NCBI GenBank assembly: GCA_002269645.1
Contig: NIVC01001401.1
Span: forward strand, 72,971 to 136,970
DNA length: 64,000 bases
DNA from: Macrostomum lignano
Lineage: Eukaryota
Direction of reading: 5' to 3'
Numbering within the stretch: position 1 is the first letter of the stretch; each line of letters opens with the position of its first letter. This document shows, in pieces, positions 12,531 to 25,236 of the stretch. A model generated the notes under the pieces. It searched no databases and was not told where the DNA came from. It worked only from the letters and a program-made list of their open reading frames with translations. The translations under genes and the position numbers were made by a program.

Positions 12531-15500
12531 GCTGTCCAACAGTCGCAGCTTGGCGCGCACGCTGCTATTCGGGGCCGGCAGCGACCGTCGCCTGCGCTTG
12601 GATTCGGACAGCCGGCGGAGCAGCTGACGGTCGGCCAGCTCGGAGACCTGCCGGGCCGAGGGTCGGCAGCCCGGGGATTGGCGAAGGCACTGGCCGAGCA
12701 GCTCCCGGCTGTGGCAGCGGTGGGCGAGATGAAGGGGACGGTGCAGATGGAAGCTGGGTGAGCATGCAGGGTGCTGGCAGTGTGCCAGGGAGAGCTTGGG
12801 GTCATGGACTTTGAGAGGGGTCAAAGATAACAATAATAATAATTGCAGGAGTGCCCTGGCGCAACGCCAACCAGCGCGAGCACATTCAAACACGCCAATA
12901 CGCCAGTACAGTACGCGGGCACGCACTCTGCAACCAAGGGTGTCGAGGCACGAGAGACAGCCGCTTTCACCGCTGAACTGCTCTGTCTCCGGAGGTGATG
13001 GAGGGTTACCGTCTATTAGGAAGGTGATGGCCATTAAGCGGGTCATAGATGTTCCTTCGAATGTTAATTAGAAGGTCCTCGAAGAGATTCTCGAAGGTCA
13101 CAATCAATACGAGGGGTCACGTGGTCATGTGAATAAAGTAATTGACAAGGTCGGGTGTTCACATTTATTTATCAACAGACCGCACACTCGCAGCTAGATG
13201 GCTACTTCATTGAGTTTGAGCAAGCGGGCAGCTAGTTGAGAACTCACAGCGAGTCGCCCGCCTCGCAACCGCTTTCGCAGCCGCCGATGATGGCCTCAGA
13301 GGCCTCCCGGAGCAGCCCGGCGCTCAGGTCGATTCTGCCGGCTGCCAGCTCGGTCAGCAGCTGAGCATCCGACAGTCGCCTGTGCGGTAGCTCAGCCAAG
13401 GTGCACAATTCCAGCAATAGCACTCCGAGGGACCTGCGGGTGCCGCATTTCAAGTTAGAAGGGGCGCTAGAAGGGGTGCTAGAAGGGGTGCTAGAAGGGG
13501 TGCTAGAAGGGGTGCTAGAAGGGGTGCTAGAAGGGGTGCTAGAAGGGGTGCTAGAAGGGGTGCTAGAAGGGGTGCTAGAAGGGGTGCTAGAAAGGGTGCT
13601 AGAAGGGGTGCTAGAAGGGGTGCTAGAAGGGGTGCTAGAAGGAGTGCTACAAGGGGTGCTAGAAGGAGTGCTAGAAGGAGTACTAGAAGGAGTACTAGAA
13701 GGAGTGCTAGAAGGGGTGGTAGAAGGGGTGCTAGAAGGAGTGCTAGAAGGAGTACTAGAAGGGGTGCTAGAAGGGGTGGTAGAAGGGGTGCTAGAAGGAG
13801 TGCTAGAAGGAGTACTAGAAGGGGTGCTAGAAGGGGTGGTAGAAGGGGTGCTAGAAGGAGTACTAGAAGGGGTGCTATAAGGGGTGGTAGAAGGGGTGCT
13901 AGAAGGAGTGCTAGAAGGAGTACTAGAAGGGGTGCTAGAAGGGGTGGTAGAAGGGGTGCTAGAAGGAGTACTAGAAGGGGTGCTATAAGGGGTGGTAGAA
14001 TGGGTGCTAGAAGGGGTGCTAGAAGGGGTGCTAGAATGAGTGCTAGAAGGAGTACTAGAAGGAGTGCTAGAAGGGGTGCTAGAAGGAGTGCTAGAAGGGG
14101 TGCTAGAAGAGAACTTTGGAGTGAGCTCACGCGGATTAAGGCCGGGCAACTTAATCTAAGGCAGCTTACCAAACGTTGGCTTGAGCTGTCTGGTCAGCCA
14201 CTGTCACTGCCGCCGCCTTTCCGCAAAGCGTCTCAGGAGCCAACCAGCGCAAGGGCACAAGATCGCCATTCACGACTCCATAGTCGCTCTGCAGTGTAAG
14301 CGACAGCTTTTCTTGACGTTTTTTAATGCCAGCAAAAAGGCACCAACTGTTATGAAGCTATAGGGTGGTATTCTTTAAATAAAAGATCAAATCTTGAGAC
14401 CCAAGAATTGAAGGTCAACTTCCCTGTGACCCAAGAATTGAAGGTCAACTTCCCTGTGACCCGATAATAGAAGTTCAACTTCCCTGTGACCCGAGTTTCA
14501 GAAATACGCGCGGCAAAGTCAGCTACCAAGAGCCTCACCGGATGCAGAAGCTGTGTGCACCCATAGTCGCCAATTTTCACAACCATGGAGCCGGTTGCTA
14601 CCTGGTAGTTCCTGGCTCCAACATCCTGATAGACGAATCCTTTGTCGTGAAGGGCGGCCAGTCCGCGGCTGGCCTGGGAGGCGAATCGAATCGTCAAGTT
14701 GTCAGCCAGAAGCTTGCTGCCGCATGTCACAGCGTGTTGGCGCTCGGACAGCAACAGGGACTTCAGGTCGGTCTAAAGGGGTTAATAGCATGAGTTTATA
14801 GAGTCTGGCATAACTGTTTGTTTACCTAAGGATGTTAATATTCGATTTGTTAAGGGTTGTTTACACCCAGTTAACATCTGAGACAGATCAACCTCCAGTT
14901 AACACCTGAGACAGATCAACCACCAGTTACCACCTCAGACAGATCAACCAGTTACCACCTGAGACAGATCAACCACCAGTCAACACCTGAGACAGATCAA
15001 CCACCAGTTAACACCTCAGACAGATCAATCAGTTACCACCTGAGACAGATCAACCTCCAGTTACCACCTGAGACAGATCAACCAGTTAACACCTCAGACA
15101 GATCAATCAGTTACCACCTGAGACAGATCAACCAGTTACCACCTGAGACAGATCAACCAATTACCACCTGAGACAGATCAATCAGTTACCACCTGAGACA
15201 GATCAACCACCAGTTAACACCTCAGACAGATCAATCAGTTACCACCTGAGACAGATCAACCTCCAGTTAACACCTCAGACAGATCAACCAGTTAACATCT
15301 GAGACAGATCAACCTCCAGTTACCACCTGAGACAGATCAACCACCAGTTAACACCTCAGACAGATCAACCAGTTACCACTTGAGATAGATCAACCAGTTA
15401 CCACCTGAGACAGATCAACCACCAGTTACCACCTGAGACAGATCAACCACCAGTTACCACCTGAGACAGATCAACCAGTTACCACCTGAGACAGATCAAC

Positions 15501-17614
15501 CAGTTACCACCTGAGACAGATCAACCACCAGTTAACACCTGAGACAGATCAACCAGTTACCACCTGAGACAGATCAACCAGTTACCACCTGAGACAGATC
15601 AACCAGTTACCACTTGAGACAGATCAACCAGTTACCACCTGAGACAGATCAACCAGTTACCACTTGAGACAGATCAACCAGTTAACACCTGAGACAGATC
15701 AACCAGTTACCACCTGAGACAGATCAACCAGTTACCACTTGAGACAGATCAACCTCCAGTTATCACCTGAGACAGATCAACCAGTTACCACCTGAGACAG
15801 ATCAACCACCAGTTACCACCTGAGACAGATCAACCAGTTACCACCTGAGACAGATCAACCACCAGTTAACACCTGAGACAGATCAACCAGTTACCACCTG
15901 AGACAGATCAACCACCAGTTAACACCTGAGACAGATCAACCAGTTACCACCTGAGACAGATCAACCACCAGTTAACACCTGAGGGATATCAACCCGTTAT
16001 ACCTGTAGGACCATAAACTAAATTCATTCTCAGAGCTGCCCATACAGTGCAGAGTAATCTCAGTAATCTCAGTCTAACTCTCTCGCCCAAGTACCTCGGT
16101 ACCTCAGCATGTGGCCACACAAATTCCAAGGCCCTGAGTGTTCTCTAAGATGAGCTCTGCACCCTTTGATAGCGTGCGCCTGCTTTGCGGGCTGCGGGTC
16201 AACTGCCACGCTGGTTTGCGGAGGTCCCCAAAGTTTCTTGTGACAAAACTAACTGGCTAACTAACTATATCCAGGTCAGAATTCAAGCCCCTCACAGCCG
16301 CGGCCTCCATCACGGCCAAGCAGGGCTCCTCCGGGCAGATCGCTAGCAGCCGAAGGACGCACGGATCAGCCGAGCACTCCCGATAGGCCTGCAAATCGGC
16401 CAAGAAATGCCGCCTATTCCGGCCTCGACTGTCGCCGCAGGTGAGCAGCCGGACGATGACCCGGTCGCGGAGGCTCTCGCCGTAGCGGGTGCAGTCGGCT
16501 CGAACTACGGGGCCGAACCAGGCCGGGCCGAGTTCGCTCAGGAAGTACAGGTGCTTCCGGTCCATGCGCAGCGGGTCCGGAGCTTCCGGTCGCGTGTGTT
16601 TTAGTGAGTTGGTATGCAGAGTCAGTGCTCAAGATATTGTAACAGTCTACCCACCAATGCCTGACCCTACAGTCCCTGACCCTACAATGCCTGACCCTAC
16701 ATTGCCTGACCCTACAGTGCCTGACCCTACCGTGCCTGACCCTACAGTGCCTGATCCTACAATGCCTGATCCTACAATACCTGACCCTACAGTGCCTGAC
16801 CTTACAATGCCAGACCCTACAATGCCTGACCCTACATTGCCTGACCCTACATAGCCTGACCCTACAGTGCCTGACCCTACCGTGCCTGACCCTACAGTGC
16901 CTGATCCTACAATGCCTGACCCTACAATACCTGACCCTACAGTGCCTGACCTTACAGTGCCTGACCCTACAATCCTTGACCCTACACTGACTTGTCCATC
17001 AATGTCTGACCAGTACCCCTTTCTACAGTACCCCCTGCAGTGCTTGAAATAAACTGCCACCGGCACGTTATTAACTAGGGGTCCCAGACTCCTCGCCCCA
17101 GCTCACCCAGGATGACTCCTGATGGCGGAGCAGCCTCAGGCGTTGCTAACCGGACTCGCGGTATCAGGAATCTGGCCGCCGGCTCCAGCATTGCGGCGGT
17201 CGGATCCAGCAACAGCTGGCTGCTTGGCCATCGACTGCCGTGACTGCCACCAAAGTTACTACTGTTGCTGGAGTCCAACGCTGGCGTTGCCGAAGATGCT
17301 TCGATTGACGGAGGCAGAAGAGGAAATGTCGGTGTAGTGGGCTGCGTCTGAACTGGCGACTCCGATTGCGGTGTGAAAACCTGTTCAAAATAGAATTTTG
17401 CACATTTATTGCCATTATCAATCGTGGTGACAAACGTTCAATATGAGCTCTGAATCAATAAAGCAATAATTACCCTGTATTTATTGGCCTTAACGCAGCG
17501 TGGCACGCAGAGAATGATAAATAGTGCAAGAACCAAGATGCAGCCAGCAACAGTCAGCAGCAGAATAAAGCCACACAGCTGAGAATTATTCGTAAACTCT
17601 GCTAGACTTCGCAT
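12522..17614 (-). CDS. LMTK: LMTK/AATK (lemur tyrosine kinase)-like single-pass membrane kinase, ~475 aa
   Basis: Exons 17614-17474 ([29 protein letters not shown]), 17380-17107, 16582-16296 ([15 protein letters not shown]), 14772-14539 (YQDVGARN...KIGDYG), 14288-14170 (VPLRWLAPE...DQTAQANVW), 13433-13248 (SLGVLLLEL), 12708-12522. Total 1428 nt, in frame. WFG, DYG and DQT..NVW are LMTK-type motifs. The acceptor at 16582 is the least certain junction. Confidence 0.85.
13455..14110. repeat. 12-bp minisatellite AGAAGGGGTGCT in kinase intron
   Basis: Tandem copies. Confidence 0.95.
14395..14492. repeat. 30-bp repeat x3 GACCCAAGAATTGAAGGTCAACTTCCCTGT in kinase intron
   Basis: Three tandem copies. 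Confidence 0.85.
14868..15985. repeat. 25/28-bp minisatellite CCAGTTACCACCTGAGACAGATCAA in kinase intron
   Basis: About 42 copies. Confidence 0.95.
16655..16987. repeat. 15-bp minisatellite CTGACCCTACAGTGC in kinase intron
   Basis: About 22 copies. Confidence 0.95.
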
Positions 17615-19414
17615 TATGCGTGACTGATTGTCTTCTTCCTGTAAGCCAGAGAATATTAATAGGAGTGGGAGACTTACGTAAAATACGTTTAATATGTTCG
17701 ATGAATATGAAGTCTATATACAGGCTTCCTAAAATTAAGATACATGAACCCACGTACATGTAGAGAAAGGAATTGCATGCACTGAAACTTAATTTGCTCG
17801 GGTTTACAGTTCTTTTCTCATGCCTTGCCTTGCCTAGTTTGACTATCTAACAAGCCAGAGAGCAAGAAAACTCAAGAGCAAGACAGAGGAACCTATGGAA
17901 GTGAAGCACGAGAGGATTACTTGGATTAGTCATAATCGAACAAACGATCGATATTTATAGAGCAGTTATTAAACATTTCAACCAGCTGATCGATTACTAT
18001 GAATAATTTTTTAAGATAATCGAAAGTGTTTTATGTATATAGAAGAGGCTTTATTCGAAATTTTAAATTCGAAAACAATATAAGTATCTGAGTTACGCTT
18101 ATATTTGTTAAAACAGGTAATTCATATTCTGTATTCAAACTTAAAATTTTCTTCGAACTGGGACTCAAGAGTTAGGACCTGAGAGTGTTTGTTACACTTG
18201 ACTAACATGAGTGTAAGTATAGCAGAGACATCTCTAGCCCTGTACCCGAATTTTTTATTTTAACACATTTTGGTACACATACCAATTTTGACTTAAATAG
18301 TTTAAAACTTGCAAGTGTGTCAACGTTTTGCTATATTGCCTATGACGAAAGCGAGTAGAGGCTTGTGATTGTGATAGTGACCCGTCTAGTTTAGTATTGA
18401 ATCAATAACTCATGAGCGAAAGGTGTTGATCCAAGTAGCGTACGATACACTGTGATTAATAACTTAGCTTAATCTGTTTTTATTTTTTTATGATTTGCGA
18501 GAAACATTTGCTACTGTTGTTACCTTGTTGGCCTGTATCAAAATATAACTTCCTGGCTAATCTATATAACTAAATCTGAAAAGTTTTATCTAGACTAATT
18601 AGCAACAAATGGTGGATATTTTTTAATTCTTGCAAATTTGCTAATCCACTAGGTCTAGTTCCTTTTTTCCAAATTGTTTTCATTTAATATCAGCTTATAA
18701 GAAGTTTTTTGCCATTTCTTTTATTTATCTGCTCTCATCTTAATTTTTTCTAGGCTTATACATTCAGAAGTTTTCAAAATTTTGTCAGGATTCTTAAAAA
18801 TAATATAATTGTATACCAACTTAAACATTATAGTATATTCTTTAACATTGTTTTTTGTTCTTATAAATGTTTTATTACTGTTTAAATATTTATTTTTTCA
18901 ATGTTTAATTAAGTTGGCTTTTTTATAAAACCAAAGTAAGCAATAATTATAAACTGATAATCAAGTAAAGCTTTTCAAACTTTCTTAAATTATATTCTTT
19001 GATAAAGCCTCTTTGCTTAGTCGTATGACCTAGAAATCAATTATTAGCAATTCTTTTAAAAAGTTTATAACAAAGTCAAAGATAAGTCATCTACAAATAT
19101 TAAATGAATGTTCTTAATAAAAGTAATATATATATTTTAGCTTTATAGCTTAAGATGCTATAGTACTTATACCATGCTATTTTTCTGAAAGCATTTTTAT
19201 CAAATTTTAATTAAGTATACAATAACTAGCATATTGAAATAGTAATTTAGTCTGTCTCATTAGGTTATATTTCTATTGTTGCACTGTAATGTCCATTGAT
19301 TACTGCCTTGTGTGCCAGAATGATATGGAATAAAAAAATGATTTGCATCTAACAACTCTACATTAGAGGATCAACAAGAAGTTGCATCCAGCTTGGAAGA
19401 GTAATAACTGGAAA

Positions 19415-22400
19415 ATGTCCAATTCATTGGAATGCCTATCAGAAATTTATCATTTCGACTGCTTGCACAAAGGCAATCCATGCACTCTGACACTGAACCT
19501 GATAGACCAGTGCCTGTCCTGGCGTGCTCAGGCCCACTGCTCTGTCATCTCATCAGGTATGTCTGACATTTTTCTCAACATAAATTTTATAACTCAACAA
19601 GAATATTCTAGAGAAATTCCCTTCTCATGGTCCTGACTCCTGAAAGGGGTGGCAAACAGCTCAAGCAGTAACGCGTCTAACTCTCGCGCTCAACGTACTG
19701 GGTTCGAATCCCTGTTCGGTCAATGAGAGTCAAGGCCAAAGTGCATTACATGTGTTCTGTATAGTACAATACATGTTTACTTAATTAACACGAATAGGTA
19801 AGGCTGCCCGTAGCTCTCATTGAACTTGGCGCACTCAACCCAGTCAGTCACTGTAAGTATGCGCGAAAAGTGCTCGCGTACTCGCAGTCGCAGCTATTTT
19901 CTGCATAAGCGCAGAAAACTCTAGCTATCACGTACACTGTACGGGTGCAGAAATCTAGCGCTCTCTCTCTTTTTCTTCTTTTCTCCGCCTGTCTTCCCAC
20001 TTTGCCTGTCTGACTATTTTAACCAAGCTGTTTAGGCTGTCTATCTGCAATAAGCCAAGTGCGTAGATATTGCTAGAATTCTCTAGAGGGTACATTCAAG
20101 AATGCTTATCTTTTCTCTTTACTCCACGTCTCACTTGAGTTTAGCCTAAATTAAATATAAAAAATGATAAAATAATTATTGATTTCACGTTGCAGCCACT
20201 CTACATGTACTATAGTTGTACGCTGGGGAGTTGTTAATTTGGCTGAACGTTGCTTATCAATTTTTCTTATCTGTTTTCGATCTTGCCTCTTACTGATAGT
20301 ACGGACAAACGTGCTGACTGAAAGGCTGTTTTATCTCGCTTAGATTTTCACTTTAGTTCTTTTAGCTAAGTGAAAACGCAGGCACTATTCTCCGTGTGTT
20401 GCCTAAACCAGTAGCTTAGTGTAGGAATTTCAATTAGTTTAATTGTGTGTCTTACAGATTCACACAAGTTCGGTTGATCTGGCTTAGGACTTACTTAAAG
20501 CCTTGTGTATCGTGTTCTTGTATTGCTTATATTGGAGTCATGCTACCCAGAGTGACGCCCAGAAATATTAACTAGTTAAAACTCTCAGCCTTAGCCAGTT
20601 ATTTTTTGGCATGGCAAGTTGGCAACTATTGTTTTTTCCACACCCGCTCCCTATGATGTACACACTAAGGGTCACAAAATCCCGTATTCTGTCAATCCCG
20701 GGATCCCGGGATAGTGACCCCTAGTACACACCCATCTCAGTGATGTACACACCCGCTCCCTATGATGTACACCGCTACCCGCTCCGCCAGGCGCGCAGTA
20801 CCAGCTGGACGACATTCTGCACGCTCAGGCCACTCCGGATATTTCGGGCAGCCAAAAGCAGCAGCAGAAGCAGCAACAGCAGCAGCAGCAGAAGCAACAG
20901 CTCGAGCTGGTGGCGGCTGTACAAACCGGCGACTGCCGTTGGCGGCTTCAGCAAATCCAGCTGACCGGCCTGTCTGACTGCTCCAGCCTGCTGGCTTTGC
21001 TGACGCCCCAGCTGGAGGCCGCGGCTGGTCGGCACAGGCGGCCGCGCTCCCTGCTGGTGTTCGTCAACCCGGTGAGCGGAGGCGGCGGCGCGGTGCGCCT
21101 CTGCGACCGGCTGCTGCGGCCGGCGCTGCGGCAGTGCCGGGTAGCCGCGCGGTTCGTGCACACGGAACGGCGACACCACGCCAAGGACTTTCTGCTGCAA
21201 GAGAAGCTGCAGTCGTTTGACGGGTTGGTTTCTTTCCTGTTGGACTGCTTGCCACTGAAATGCTACTAGCAGTAGGCTAAGCAGAGAATTTTCTTTTTTT
21301 CGGTCTGTGGAAATCGAAGTGCTTGACACTGAGCTGTCACACACAGCTCAGAAATTATTTGTTGTTTTCCCATTAATTACACTTCCGAGGCTCATTAGTT
21401 GCTGGACCAGCCTCACAGATCCTCAGTTTCTGGGCCAGCCTCAGAGTTTCAGTTTCTGGGCCAGCCTCACAGAGTTTCAGTTTCTGGGCCAGCCTCACAG
21501 AGTTTCAGTTTCTGGGCCAGCCTCACAGAGTTTCAGTTTCTGGGCCAGCCTCACAGAGTTTCAGTTTCTGGGCCAGCCTCACAGAGTTTCAGTTTCTGGG
21601 CCAGCCTCAGAGAGTTTCAGTTTCTGGGCCAGCCTCACAGAGTTTCAGTTTCTGGGCCAGCCTCACAGAGTTTCAGTTTCTGGGCCAGCCTCACAGAGTT
21701 TCAGTTTCTGGGCCAGCCTCACAGAGTTTCAGTTTCTGGGCCAGCCTCACAGAGTTTCAGTTTCTGGGCCAGCCTCACAGAGTTTCAGTTTCTGGGCCAG
21801 CCTCACAGAGTTTCAGTTTCTGGGCCAGCCTCACAGAGTTTCAGTTTCTGGGCCAGCCTCACAAAGTTTCAGTTTCTGGGCCAGCCTCACAGAGTTTCAG
21901 TTTCTGGGCCAGCCTCACAGAGTTTCAGTTTCTGGGCCAGCCTCACAGAGTTTCAGTTTCTGGGCCAGCCTCACAGAGTTTCAGTTTCTGGGCCAGCCTC
22001 ACAGAGTTTCAGTTTCTGGGCCAGCCTCACAGATACTCAGTTGCTGGGCCGCCGCCAATCTCACAGATCCTCATACTGGATATGAACTGGAAAAGCATAT
22101 CATACATGTAAATCAATTTTTTTGAAATTGTGATTGATAATATATTCTGAAAGTCATTATCATAGTTCAAATAGCTATGATAATAGAGTTTTTGCTGACA
22201 TAAAGGCCCAAAGCAAAAATCCAATAAAATAAACAGTAGTTCACAAAAAGCATATTTTACAGAAAAGAAGATTGAATAAAATTTAAAATGTGCAGGCATC
22301 GGATGGGGCACATCTGTTCGAGCTTAGCTTAATCCTTCAATTTTTTATTTCTATTCCAGCATTGTTGGGGTCGGCGGCGACGGCATTTTGTCTGAGCTGT

Positions 22401-24761
22401 TCCACGGCCTGCTGCTGCGCAAGCGACTGGACGAAGGCCTGACTGCTCACACTGTTGACGATCCTGAGCTGCGGCCCGATCACACGATTGGCATTGTGCC
22501 AGCTGGTAAATGCGAGCTCCCAGCAAGCGCTGGGGGGGGGGGTTTCCTTCCCGCAGTCATTGGCGGTTCCCATCCAAGGATAGTTGGGGAATCTTTTTTA
22601 CCAATCATTAGGGATTCCTCTTTTACAGTCATTAGGGATTCCCCTTTTATATTATTTAGGGATTCCCCTTTTACAATAATTAGGGATTCCCTTTTACAGT
22701 CATTAAGGATTCCCTTTTTATAATCATTAGGGATTCCCCTTTTAAATCATTAGGGATTTCCCTTTCACAGTCATTAGAGATTCCCATTTTTACAGTCATC
22801 AAGGATTCCCTTTTGAGAGTTACTAGGGATTCCCCTTTTACAGATATTAGGGATTTTAGTTTCATAGTCATTAGAGATTCCCATTTTTACAGTCATTAAG
22901 GATTCCCCTTTTACAATCATTAGGGATTCCCCATTTGACAGTCATTAGGGATTCCCTTCCAAAAATCATTTTGGATTCCCTTCCAAAAGTCGTTAGGGAT
23001 TCCTTTTTATATTCATTAGAGATTCCTTTTTATAGCCGTAGGGATTCCCTTTTTACAGTCATTTACCTTCTATAAGGTTTTTATTTCCCTTCAGGAGTTT
23101 CTTTCCCAACAATTATTTGGATTTCCCTTCAACAATCATTGGGATTCCCGTTCAAAAATCATTAGGAATTCCCATACGATCATTAAGGATTCCCCGCCAA
23201 TAATAGTTCGCAAAAAGTAAACTGCAATCGCCCCTCGCTCCCTGCAGGCAGCACGGACACCGTAGTCCACAGCATCAACGGTACAAGCGACGCTCTCACC
23301 GCCATTGTTCAAATAATTCTCGGCCGACGCGTCGCCATGGACATGGCGTCCGTGTACTCCGATTCCGGCCAGTTCCTGACGTATAATATCAGCCTGCTGG
23401 GCTACGGCTATTTTGGCGAGGTGGCCAGGTCCAGCGAGCCGCTGCGCTGGATGGGGCCGGCCAGGTACGACCTGGTGGGAGCTCACCGGCTGCTCAACCT
23501 ACGATCTCACGCTCTGGAGATCAGCTTTTTGGAGGCCGACGGCAGGTGAGCTGCGGGTTGATCTGCGGTTTTGGGGACTGCATCACCAATTCTCCCGGGG
23601 TATTTTGGGCTACTTCACCGATTCTCCATGGGTATTTTGGGCTACTTCACCAATTCTCCATGGGTATTTTGGGCTGCCTCACCGATTCTCCATGGGGGTA
23701 TTTTGGGCTACCTCACCGATTCTTTATGGGGGTATGTTGGGCTGCCTCACCGATTCTCCATGGGGATATTTTGGGCTGCCTCACCGATTCTCCATGGGGG
23801 TATTTTGGGCTGCCTCACCAATTCTCCATGGGGGTATTTTGGGCTGCCTCACCAATTCTCCATGGGGGTATTTTGGGCTGCCTCACCGATTCTCCATGGG
23901 GATATTTTGGGCTGCCTCACCGATTCTCCATGGGGGTATTTTGGGCTACCCCACCGATTCTCCATGGGGGTATGTTGGGCTACCTCACCGATTCTCCATG
24001 GGGGTATTTTGGGCTACCTCACCGATTCTCCATGGGGTATTTTGGGCTACTTTACTAATACTCCCTGGCGGGGAATTTTGGGCTACTTCACCGATTCTCC
24101 ATGGGGGTATGTTGGGCTACCTCACCGATTCTCCATGGGGGTATTTTGGGCTACCTCACCGATTCTCCATGGGGTATTTTGGGCTACTTTACTAATTCTC
24201 CCTGGCGGGGAATTTTGGGCTACCTCACCGATTCTCCGTGGGGGGTATTTTAGATAGATTTTGATGCTATTAAAATTCTGCAGGGTATTTTGCGATGCCA
24301 TTAAAAGTCCATAGATAGCTATGTTGCATCGCCATTCCAATTCAGATGCCACGCCGTGTGCACTCGCGACTGCTCAGTCTGCTCATCGGACGCGCTCGCC
24401 GAGTGCGCCCCGGAGGCGAAGGAGCAGCAACGGCGGCAGCTCCGCACCGTCACCGGTCGCTTCGTCGCCGTCAACAGCTTCCTGATGCCCTGCCGATCGA
24501 CTAAGAGCGCCGCCGGTGCCGTGCCGTTTGCCCACCTGGGCGACGGCTGCACCGACCTGGTGCTGGTGCGCGACTGCAGCAAGGCGGAGTTCCTGCGCCA
24601 CCTGTACCGCGTCAGCAGCTGCCCCGTGCGCTTGTCCACCGCCGCGGCCGGCGCCTCCGCTATCGACGACTCGCTGCCGCCGCCTCCGCCTACGCCACCC
24701 GCACCTGTGGAGCCACAGTTCCAGCTCGACTGCGTGCAGGTTGGAAGACTGCTCTGATGGC

Positions 24762-24826
<65 letters not shown>

Positions 24827-25019
24827 GACCCCAGCACCCACCAACGGGCTTCCACCCCGCACGCAGGTCCACCGAGTGCGCCAGTTTTCCGTGCGCGTTC
24901 TGGACAATCCGGCCGGGTCCGTGTGGAACTGCGACGGGGAAGTGCTGCGGCAGGCCGGCCTGGCGGTCCGCGTGCACCGGCAGCTGCTGCAGCTGTTCGG
25001 CTGTCACGTGACTCTCTGA
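19415..25019 (+). CDS. CERK: Ceramide kinase (PH-like N-terminus plus DAGK-type catalytic domain), ~521 aa
   Basis: Exons 19415-19556, 20791-21223 (RPRSLLVFVNPVSG), 22360-22505 (VGGDG...GIVPA), 23248-23545 (GSTD...LLGYGYFG), 24346-24739 (CTRDCSVC CxxxCxxC motif, AHLGDG), 24867-25019 (WNCDGE...VRVHRQL). Total 1566 nt, all phases match. PAGST and CxxxCxxC favour CERK over sphingosine kinase. Confidence 0.92.
19646..19720 (+). mobile_element. tRNA-derived SINE head or tRNA pseudogene in CERK intron 1
   Basis: A-box-like CAGCTCAAGCAGTAA and B-box GGTTCGAATCC (19701-19711) at tRNA-like spacing; acceptor stem does not pair well. Confidence 0.5.
20666..20723. mobile_element. 58-bp hAT-type MITE
   Basis: TIRs TAAGGGTCAC / GTGACCCCTA (9/10 match) flanked by an exact 8-bp duplication GTACACAC (20658-20665, 20724-20731). 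Confidence 0.7.
21405..22035. repeat. 28-bp minisatellite AGTTTCAGTTTCTGGGCCAGCCTCACAG in CERK intron
   Basis: About 22 near-identical copies. Confidence 0.96.
22600..23195. repeat. Degenerate ~24-bp minisatellite CATTAGGGATTCCCCTTTTACAGT in CERK intron
   Basis: Tandem degenerate copies. Confidence 0.85.
23590..24248. repeat. ~34-bp minisatellite GGGGTATTTTGGGCTGCCTCACCGATTCTCCATG in CERK intron
   Basis: About 19 copies. Confidence 0.95.
24762..24827. repeat. (TCTG)n microsatellite in last CERK intron
   Basis: Perfect run. Confidence 0.95.
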
Positions 25020-25236
25020 CTAATCAGTGCAACGATTGTCTATTAAAAAAAATAAATTTTCTTTGGTGTTTTTTTGGCGCAAATTTATTAACTATGTTTT
25101 TAGTAATTGCGAAACGTGTTCTTTGCACTTAAGTTTTATTACATTTTTTTCTAGATTTTTTCTGCTTAGCTACCTGTCTCCCGTTTGTGATAATATCGTA
25201 ACAAAATGTACTTTTGTGATATCATTTTAACAGCCA

